Assembly (NCBI GenBank): GCA_951804945.1
Contig: OX638154.1
Span: forward strand, 50,220,001-50,284,000
Origin: Podarcis cretensis
Taxonomy: Eukaryota
Reading direction: 5' to 3'
Length of the DNA: 64,000 bases
In this document: piece after piece, positions 40,981 to 50,325 of the stretch
How positions within the stretch are numbered: the first letter of the stretch is position 1
How the letters are laid out: each line of letters starts with the position of its first letter
Notes under the pieces: model-generated
The model's database searches: none
Told to the model about the DNA's origin: nothing
The model's input: the letters and a program-made list of their open reading frames with translations, nothing else
Program-made: the position numbers and the translations under genes

Positions 40981-43767
40981 CGTTTGAGAAGAGGGAATTG
41001 GAGCTAGTACGTGTGCCCAAGGACAAGGCAGCTTCTCTTTGGTCAACCGGGCACAGAGAGAAGAGATAAAACTGGTTTTTCATATGGCTTGTAATCTGCA
41101 GTTCTTTCCTTCTCCTCCAGATGGCGGCATGGATTTATACTGCTCTCAAGGTCCTAGCAAATATGGCTTTCCTACATCTTTTGGGCTGCTTCAATTACTG
41201 ATTGGTTTAGAAGGTGCTAAATGGATTCAGAGTAGTTCACTTTGAGGCTCAGATCAATTGAAAAACGCTGAGCAAAATACCAGTGTCAGCTTTGATTGCT
41301 ATTCACGTGATCCTTGTTGGGCTTCTGTCCTTTGACATTGGCCAGCTGTTCTGTTCCAAAAGTAGTATGGCAGCTTTTTTCTGCTATGCCCCCATTCTTA
41401 TCCCAAAAGGACAGAACCCTTTCTCTGTTAGCTGCTAGGATGGAAAACAGTATCATGGTGGTGTGAATGAAAGGAGAAAAGATAGGTGGTGCATACAGTT
41501 GTTCATACTAATAGGAAAAGGAGCTATCTGGAGTCCCATCTAGTGCATGTAGGGACCTTGTATAATTGAGAGGATCGGGAGCAGGGAATAGGATGTGTTC
41601 ATAGCAGCTGCTTCCACTCTCATCTGGTGGCCCTTCACAGGGAAGGCAATTTAACTGGATCAGGGATGTTACCTTCTTTTGTTCCTGTAGTGGCACCAAA
41701 CATCTAAACAACTGCTGATCATGTCCCAGTATAATTGAATATTAATATCTATTTCTTTCCATTGAGCAGTCTTCTGTTTTGAAGGCTTCACCAGGGAAAG
41801 AAAAACTCTTGACATTTTTCTGTTTCCATCAATGTGCCATTCTTTCCTCCTTCGTTTGCTTGAAAGCCTCAATTTTTGAATAGCTTTGCTGCACAGATGT
41901 GCATGCCAATGTAGTTTACTTAATTTGACCCCTTGCCAGGGCACCTTGTTTGTGCCTGCGCTTCTTGGTTAAATGTCGCATAATCCTAGTCTCCTCAGTC
42001 TGGATGTTGGTGACCCAGGCAAGTAACTCATCCTACCTTGATGCTCCATCCCAGTCTAGTTCTCATAAACAGAAGATGAAGTGGCAAGCCTGTGTCTGGA
42101 CTTTCCCACTGCAAGTCACACCCACAGCCATCTGGAATAGTACTGTCAGTCCAGACAAACGTCTGCCACTTCCAATGATGTTTTGTATGAACCTAGTCTC
42201 TGGGTTCCTGCAAACCAGGACTGTGAATGTGGTAGAAGTAAAGGCATTTACTTTAAGTAGATAAGTGGACCTGACACTAAAGTAGGTGCTTTCACTTCCC
42301 TAGGAGATGGCATCTGCTCTGAGAAGACTCACAACCAAATCTAAGTGTAGCCTGTTGTATTTATAAACATTCAGGAACAGGCAAGTACAGTAGGTCATCA
42401 CCAGGTGCAATACCTTAGAATGCATTTTCCTATTTGTTTGTTTGTGCTTTGTAGTCTGATTATATGCTCAGGCTACAATGCTAACATATTTGGAAGAGAG
42501 CCCCATTGAACAGGCCTCCTGAGTAAATATGTTTAGGTCTGGAGTGCCATTAAAATGCTACTGTGGGAGTGGGTGGGACTGCTCCAGCACTCCACATTGA
42601 GCCTCGATTACTTGTCCCCAAACACTCCCAGCTGTTTAACTTTCATCACTGAGGTTACAGAGTGTCTCTCAGGCAGACAGCAGCAGGGACCAAGACACAG
42701 TGTCAGCGTAGAATAAGAATCAAGTTTTAGCAAAGCCAATTCATTTGTTTTGAGCAAATGTCACCAGGCAGACATTTGCTCACTAATTGTAACATAGCTA
42801 CAGATGGGGCTCCAAGCTTCTTCAAAGTGTAACATACTGAGACCGTAGGGCTCCCCCCTCCCCATCTCTGCATTGTTAACAGTGTGATGGTGACATGATC
42901 ATGCAACAGAAGCACATGGTCGCATAAAAGAATGAACAAGCATTAAAAACAACAAAATGCCTATCAACTTACAGTGGCTACTTTTGTGTATGAATCCTGA
43001 GATCTGTACGTATCTCCTGGAAAGAAATCCAGACAATTTCTGCTCACTGGAAATTGGGGACTTCAATGGGTGAGTACAGCATCTTTCTGGCTTTGCCCTC
43101 CTACTCACAGACTTCATAGAGCCTGGTGGCAAAATTAGCACCTGGGTGGATGTTGCCTCTTGACAGATGCAGCAGATAAATAACTCTTCTTCCCTGGGTT
43201 CAGTCAACCTGTCTCTTGGCTTACACCTCAGCTATCTCAATTCCTCTATACCATAATGGGAGATAGAACTGGAGACATGGGGGCGAAGACCTGATTAGCC
43301 TTCCTAGGTTGAATTGGGAGTATTTGGGGGAGGCCTGGTTGCATGGTGGTTCCTTCATATGTACTTGCTCAGCTTATCTGTAAAATTTCTAATACCAGCA
43401 AACATCTGGCCATTATCACCTTCTGGAGCACTACACTATTGGATTTTGTGTTTAAATAACAGTGAAAATGAAATCCAGCTATTATGGATAAATTATTCTG
43501 TGAGCACTTGCTGGTCTGTGACACCGCTGATGGGGACAGACTGCAAACTTAAAAGCTGCCTTCCTCTCCCCCACAAGTGCATTGATGTCTGTGGATGGAG
43601 AGGAAGGATACTTGCATTTTCCTTGGTCATTTCAAGCAATCTGGGTTATGTACTACAGAAATGAACCAGGAATGTAGGCAGTTAAGATCCCTTCCAGCAC
43701 GGTCCCCTTGCAGTAGTAGATTTGTTCACTACTTAAAGTTTTAATAGAAGACTCTAACCAGGTAGAA

Positions 43768-44001
43768 GAGAGCTTTCCAAACTTTATATTGGTGACACCC
43801 TTTTTAGACAGGTATCACTTTGCGATGTAGTAAATTCATTTTGCATCATTTCACAACACAGTAATTGTTTTACTAGCAAACCAGAGGTTAAACTTAACCT
43901 CTTTTTAGCCTCGGGAACGGCGTGGGGAGCATTCATGTGACACGCCGACACACTGCAGCCGACACACTGATGTGTCGCAACACACAGTTTGGAAAGCTCT
44001 G
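43768..44001. mobile_element. hAT-type non-autonomous element
   Basis: TIRs AGAGCTTTCCAAACT / AGTTTGGAAAGCTCTG; internal GACACA/TGTGTC motifs; TSD degenerate. Confidence 0.7.
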
Positions 44002-44117
44002 TGGTAAAGTAAGGAATTGCAAACTGTGGACAGTATCCAGCTAACATGTCCCATCATCACAAGGATTTATACTTACCCCCTGCACATGCCCTGAAGGGGT
44101 TGCAGGAACCCCTAGAA

Positions 44118-44253
44118 AAGGCTTCCTCAACCTCAGCCCTCCAGATGTTTTGAGACTACAATTCCCATCATCCATGACCACTGGTCCTGCTAGCTAGGGG
44201 TCATGGGAGTTGTAGGCAAAAAACATCTGGACGGCCGAGGTTGAGGAAGCCTG
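44118..44253. mobile_element. 136-bp palindromic hAT MITE
   Basis: Long TIRs AGGCTTCCTCAACCTC / GAGGTTGAGGAAGCCTG; perfect 8-bp TSD CCCTAGAA (44110, 44254). Confidence 0.9.
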
Positions 44254-44739
44254 CCCTAGAACATATTTAAGGGACACACAAGGGGAGGAGAGGGGAGATC
44301 TGATTGTGCCAAGTGGAAATCCTTGTGCTGGAGGGTTATGTTACTCAGGGTTACTTTAGATAACCCAGTTTTTTATTATTTACTCCTACTTACTCCTCAA
44401 AAAAAAAAACCACCAACAACAGAAATAATTTTAAATGGCATGAACAGTTTTATGCCTTTTCTGTGTGATCTCTAATCTTTCTGAAATGTGTCTAGCAGAA
44501 TTGCTCTAATAGTGTACAAAGTTAAATTCTTGCTAAGCTGCTCAGACTATGGTTTTCCTTGTTGAAAAACGAGAAGAGTCTCATAGCAGTGTAATTAGAT
44601 AAGAAACAGTTCCCCTTTCTGGAAATGAGACAGCGAGTTTATTCTATTATGAAAATTTATGTTCTATCTTTTTACAAAATACCTAAGTTAACGTACTATC
44701 AAGATAAAAATACACCATAATACAAGAGAATGGGCAATC

Positions 44740-44876
44740 ACAAGTGGGGAGAGTGCTCTTTGACTCATGCCCTGCTTGTGGGCTTCCCATAGGTATTTAG
44801 TTGGTCACTATGAGAACAAGACGATGGAATGAAGAGCTTTTGGCCTGATCGAACAGGGCTCTCCTTACGTTCTTAA
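44740..44876 (+). mobile_element. CR1-type LINE/SINE 3' end
   Basis: ...GGCCTGATCGAACAGGGCTCTCCTTACGTTCTTA resembles the CR1-family 3' terminus. Confidence 0.5.
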
Positions 44877-45049
44877 TATCATATGGATCCTGCCCCTCAG
44901 TTGCTTCATTTTCTACAAAGACAAAGGCCCAGAGATTATGTATTGATGACTGGAATTCATAAGCAGTTTTTGAGAGATGAATTGATTCATCTAATAATAC
45001 TTGGAGTGCAGACAAGGCACACTCAGGCTGCTCCTTTGGCCCAGAGGCA

Positions 45050-45333
45050 ACTCATCAGCATTTTAGTGCACATTTCTCCAGATGTAGTGTTTTGTGTGCA
45101 ACATTCCCCAGTATACACATTTTTGTATGCTCACTTCACTAACATAGTGCGTTTCTATGCACACTTTCTCCTAATGTTTATATATTTTGGCACACATCAT
45201 TTCACTGCATTGCAAAATGCAGAGAAGTTTGAATTTCAAAGAATATCGATTTCAGTTTGTGCTGTATCAGGAAGTGCAAATTAAGGAGTAATCATATCAA
45301 AGTGCAATCTGAATTGAAATTATCCCCCATCCA
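45050..45333. mobile_element. Partial old squamate interspersed repeat (same family as 54740-55178)
   Basis: Shared blocks such as CACATTTTTG, AATTTCAAA and a terminal CTGAAT...CCCCCATCC. Confidence 0.5.
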
Positions 45334-45384
45334 AACTTCCCCCCTTTGTTCAACTGCTAAAGTTCACAGTGACCGGCCATGGTA

Positions 45385-45420
45385 GAATTGTGACATCAGA
45401 GGAAAATCAGCCAATCGCTG
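45385..45420 (+). promoter_or_regulatory. UBL4B: Candidate UBL4B proximal promoter: CRE-like site plus CCAAT box
   Basis: TGACATCA at 45391-45398 and AGCCAATC (CCAAT 45411-45415), about 100 and 80 bp upstream of the ATG. Confidence 0.55.
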
Positions 45421-45491
45421 CCTTCCTTTTTTGTCCCTTCGCATTCCCTCATTCAGGCAGGGCTTGATTTACTAGCCCATTGAACAAGGCA

Positions 45492-46073
45492 ATGCTGCTC
45501 ACAGTGAAGAGGCTGCTTGGGCAGCAGTGCCGCCTTCAGGTATCCGGTGAGGAGAGGATCTCTCTGGTGAAAAGCCTGGTGTGTGAAGAGCTTGATGTCC
45601 CTGAGAACCAGCAGACCCTGTTGTTCCAGGGGAAAGTGCTGGAGGGGGAGCACAAATTATCAGACTATCTCATTGGCCCAGAGTCCATCCTCTATCTGGT
45701 CATTAAAAAACCTGAGCAAGCTCATCCTGAGGAGCCCTCAAAGCCAACGGCTGCCCAGCCCCACTCAGTGTGGTATCGACTCTCGCAAGTCCTGGAGAAA
45801 CATTTCAGAACTTCCGACGCAGTGAGGGTTCTCGAGCGGGTGCTGAACGACTACTACAAAGGCCTGGGCTTGCTGAGCCTGGAAAACATCGAAGAGTTAG
45901 CAGGGGACCTCCTAAGTCCTGAGGAAGGTGAAGGTGAACCGGTGGCTACAGGGGAGCTTCCCCAGCAAAAGGGGCACCCCACAGCCCCAGTGTCTGAATC
46001 CAGGAAGGATAAAGCGACCCAGACTGAGCCACAAGAAATGCTAGGAGGAAGGTGGTGCTGGAAGAACTCTTGA
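45492..46073 (+). CDS. UBL4B: Ubiquitin-like protein 4B (intronless retrogene of UBL4A), 193 aa
   Basis: MLLTVKRLLGQQCRLQVSG...LLFQGKVLEGEHKLSDYLIGP is a Ubl domain matching human UBL4B (MFLTVKLLLGQRCSLKVSG...); VWYRLSQVLEKHF...LSLENIEELA matches the UBL4 BAG6-binding helix region; single exon; syntenic position; ATG in gcaATG context; ATTAAA at 46104. Confidence 0.9.
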   Translation: MLLTVKRLLGQQCRLQVSGEERISLVKSLVCEELDVPENQQTLLFQGKVLEGEHKLSDYLIGPESILYLVIKKPEQAHPEEPSKPTAAQPHSVWYRLSQVLEKHFRTSDAVRVLERVLNDYYKGLGLLSLENIEELAGDLLSPEEGEGEPVATGELPQQKGHPTAPVSESRKDKATQTEPQEMLGGRWCWKNS

Positions 46074-47421
46074 GTAGACTTATTTAGAGAGGTCTAAGCG
46101 AAAATTAAAATAGTGATGGTGTATGGAACATGGAGCTGTGTCTTTATGTACCAAGGAGGAAGGAGGTTTAGTAAATGAAGATGACCATTTTTAAAAGGAC
46201 GAGAGCTTCAGTTGGTATTGAAACTAGTGCTGTGCCAGATTTTTCACAGGCAAACAGTTTTGGCATGAAAGGGAAGGCTAAAAGTTCACTGAACAGCCCC
46301 TGAATGTGTTTACCCTTACTGACTGCTGCTTTGGTGCCATTCCCCCCCCCCCTCCACCCCGCCCCAGGCATCTCATTTCTGGCTGTGTGATCCCAGCTAA
46401 CTGGCTGCCTTGTTCCTAGTGTGGTGATGTCATGGCACCACACAGCAAATCAGAGGTGGCGATGTCCAATTTTCCTAAGGACAAATGAAGCCCTAATTTA
46501 CACTCACTCTTGAGTGAAGGAAGCCTGCATTGCCTCAGTGCTCCCTGTGTTATCATACTGCACTGGCCATTTAATTGTCTGACAGAACAGCAAGGCAGGA
46601 TGCATCAGCACCATTGTCTTGGCAGCAGGTTGATATGTTCTGTCTTCTCCCACAAATAGGGTTTTTTTGGGGGGCACACCCTGAAAAATCACCATAAATG
46701 GGGCATTCTGAGGGAGGTGCAAAAACACCTATGAAAACAGTCTCCCCGTTTCAGACCTGCCTCTATCATAGGTTTATCTCCTCCACTGCTACCATCAAAC
46801 TAGGCTTGTATCCAAGTACGTGTAAGGCAGCATGTGCTTCACTGATACATGGTCCTTGGTTCCATTTTTGGCATGGCTATTTAAAATACTGGTGTCCAAA
46901 CAGTGGAAGATCTCTAGCAAGACTACATGAACTGGTTGAGCCTGAAAGCCCTGGTTGAGATGGACAATTGTCCTTGTACACCCTCTCTCTGTACATTGAA
47001 TCAAGCATCATTTTCTTAAAGTCAGTGTGTCATATGGGAGCATATGGCTGGCTGGCTTCCCAGGACCACGGGCAGGAATTCAAGCATTTCTGTGGCAGCT
47101 TCCCAATTTTGTGCTGGAGCTGAAGCAAAGAGTTGAAGAACCATTCCCAGGATCCATTTTACATGTTTCCCCCAGCAAATGTATTGGATTCTGCATGAAA
47201 AGTGACTGTTCCCCTACCTCCAAGTAGAGCTATTCCACTCCACTTCCCAAGAAAGCAGTCTCCCAATTAGTAGTGGGTTGTTGTTTCTTCACATATACTA
47301 AGCTGGTATCAGCAAGCTGCTTCTGAAATGCTCGTTTTGACATTGTTCCCAGCTTGTCATTGCGTTCCTCCACTGAGTTAACTACCCAAGAACTCAGCAG
47401 AAGTGAAGGAATGTTTTCAGA

Positions 47422-47789
47422 GGTAAAGGTAAAGGTAAAGGTACCCCTGCCCGTATGGGCCAGTCTTGACAGACTCTGGGGTTGTGCGCCCATCTCACTT
47501 AAGAGGCCAGGGGCCAGCGCTGTCCGGAGACACTTCCGGGTCACGTGGCCAGCGTGACATCGCTGCTCTGGCGAGCCAGAGCCGCACACGGAAACGCCGT
47601 TTACCTTCCCGCTGGTAAGCGGTCCCTATTTATCTACTTGCACCCGGAGGTGCTTTCGAACTGCTAGGTTGGCAGGCGCTGGGACCGAGCAGCGGGAGCG
47701 CACCCCGCCGCAGGGATTCGAACCGCCAACCTTTCGATCGGCAAGTCCTAGGCGCTGAGGCTTTAACCCACAGCGCCACCTGCGTCCCT
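47422..47789 (-). mobile_element. Sauria SINE, full-length young copy
   Basis: Reverse complement differs from 14464-14822 at about 8 positions; (ACCTTT)n tail; TSD AATGTTTTCAGA at 47410 and 47790. Confidence 0.93.
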
Positions 47790-47884
47790 AATGTTTTCAG
47801 AACTGGAGATTAAAACTGACATTTCACAACAGAGGTAGTGGGGCAATTAAAGCACCAGACTTGTGAAGAGTGCTACACCCTGCT

Positions 47885-48245
47885 GTGGAGATGAGATCGC
47901 TGTCTTCAAACATCTAAAAGGTTGCCATGCAGAGAGTGGAACAGACTTATTCTCTGTTGCTCCAGAGGGCAGGACCAGAGCCAATGGGTGGAAATTGCAG
48001 CGAAGCAGATCTTGCATAAAAATGAGGAGAAACACCCTAACAGTAAGCGCTGTTCAACAACGGAACAGACTGCCTCAAGAAGTGAGCGGCTGGGGAGGGG
48101 GGCGGCTGGCTATCTTTTGCGAGAGGAATTTGAGCAGGGCCTGGATCTCTCATGGATGCTGTAATTGCATCCTGCATTATAGATGTTACATTGAGGCAAC
48201 AGGTTGGACTCGATGACCTAAGGTCTCGTCTGACTTTTTGATTCA
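47885..48245 (+). mobile_element. CR1 LINE 3' fragment
   Basis: Peptide GDEIAVFKHLKGCHAESGTDLFSVAPEGRTRANGWKL...RNRLPQEV is the CR1 ORF2 C-terminus, followed by a CR1 3' UTR (GGTTGGACTCGATGACC). Confidence 0.85.
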
Positions 48246-49639
48246 CATGCGCATGACATCAAATTGTCTCATGGGGAGGGACATACTTTAAACATAAAAC
48301 CCTACAAATGTTAAAATGGTATCTTCATGCCACCACATCTCTTGTCAGCCAAAACCAACCTTTTTTTAAAAAAAAGTGTTTTACATTGCTTTTGGGCTAT
48401 ATTCATGAAAGGGGAAGGATATTCCACAGCTGAGAGATAGACATGGAGAATACCTCCTTGTCTCCTTGCAGTTCTTACCTGGCATATATATGGTAAATTT
48501 AGTCCATCTTAGAAAGTGTGATGGACCATAATTAGAGCCAGGCTCAGGTATAGATGTTGAATCAAAGGTGTAATATGTGCCAGCAGCTCCAATAGAGCTA
48601 TTCAGATCAAAGGACGAGCCATAGTTTGTCTGAAGTGATTCAGTGCATGATGAAGTCTGCAGCCACCACATTTTGGACAACATTTGAGCTTGCCCAAACA
48701 TTGATTGCTGAAGAGAATCAAGAAAACTTAATTCTTTTTTATTCTCATCACTCAGTGACTGCAGAAGTCATCAAACCACCCTGAGATCTACAGATGGAGG
48801 ATGATCTGCTGCTACTAATACTAAGTACTGGAAAAAAGAGCAACTATGTTTGCAGAACCATAGTTTGTCTCCCAGCCCTAGGGTATTATTATTTTATGTC
48901 TTTTCATAAGAGAAAATTAATGCCCATGTAGAAAAAGTGTCCCTTTGGTAATATATAAAGGGCTGCCTGAGTGTCATTTTTGCAACAGGTACATGCATGT
49001 CTGTCATGACTGTCCATCCCATGGATCCACCTTCTCTATACATTACAAAATGCACACCTTTTCCTGTATTGTGCAATGGCCACCCAGATGTTCTTGGACT
49101 CCAGCTGCCCTCATTCCTGACCCTTGGCCATGCTGGCTAGGGCTGATGGGAGCTGGGACTGACAAGAGGTGAATCTGGAGGATCACAGGCTTCCCACCCC
49201 TGCTACATGGAAATTGATTTTTCATATATGGAAAAGTAATATGGGAAGGAGCCAAAGATCGCATATTTATGTAATATTGGCTGTTACAGCCAATATTGAG
49301 CTTTTCCTAGGCATTGAAACAATCAAGCTCAGCACCATGCACCACTGGTTTAATAACAGCGTTGTAATCACTCTGCCCTCCACTGTTCCCATCCAACTAC
49401 CAAACATTCCTTTGGGGTAAAATTAAATTGGCAGTAACCAAGTGCTTAATTAGCATGCAGTAGTAATTCTGTTTGTAAACACCAAAGCCAAAGGAATGAA
49501 ATTTGAAGTAGCCGTGGAAGGTGGAATTGTTTAATGAGATGAAATGCATAAAAAGGACTGAGGGAGAGAAAAATCTGTCAGTAATATAGCCAACACTGGA
49601 GCTAATATGTCTGCATCTGTGCCTATATGAGGAACTCGA

Positions 49640-50325
49640 AAAGTGGGAGCTTTGGCCAGGCAGTGTCCCCTCAACAAACAGAGCTGTTGTATGCTGGCGG
49701 CAGGCTGCTCCACTAACTAGATGCTGCCTTCAGTCCCAGCTTCAGCTTCCTGACCAGACCTCAGGGCAGTGTCCCATAGAGTGCATTGCAGTAAGCTAAT
49801 GTTGAGGTTACTGCTGCATAGACCCCTGTGTGTCCAAGCTTTTCCTGCCTAGGAATGGTTGTCGCTGGCGTCCCAGCCAAAGGTGAGAAAAGGCACACAA
49901 GCAGTGGTGATGGATCAATGATGATTGTTGTTGTTTAGTTGTTTAGTCGTGTCCGACTCTTTGTGACCCCATGGACCAGAGCACGCCAGGCACTCCTGTC
50001 TTCCACTGCCTCCCACAGCTTGGTCAGACTCATGCTGGTAGCTTCGAGAACACTGTCCAACCATCTCGTCCTCTGTCATCCCCTTCTCCTTGTGCCCTCC
50101 ATCTTTCCCAATATCAGGGTCTTTTCCAGGGAATCTTCTCTTCTAATGAGGTGGCCAGTGATGATTACCTCCAAGCTATATACCTGATCCTAAGGGAAAA
50201 CAGTCCTTTCCAGAGCAGCCAACAGATCTGTCACTCAGAACCACAAACGGCTCACCCGCTGCTGGGCCCCATTCTTGCCAGGATTCAGTCTCAGTTTATT
50301 GGTCCTCGTTCCACCCAGCGCTATA
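49640..50325 (-). mobile_element. Decayed L2-clade LINE fragment interrupted by BovB
   Basis: Minus-strand NKLRLNPGK-like motif at ~50275-50305; similarity to the L2 piece at 27.9-28.4 kb. Confidence 0.55.
49927..50158 (-). mobile_element. BovB (RTE-clade) LINE, 5'-truncated 3' end
   Basis: GTTGTTGTTTAGTTGTTTAGTCGTGTCCGACTCTTTGTGACCCCATGGAC...ATGAGGTGGCCA is the characteristic BovB 3' end; TSD TGATGATT (49919, 50159). Confidence 0.9.

Noticed and set aside
46038-46073. MLGG|RWCWKNS near the UBL4B C-terminus as a ubiquitin-like di-glycine processing site
   Set aside because: It lies more than 100 residues beyond the Ubl fold; UBL4 proteins are not known conjugated modifiers
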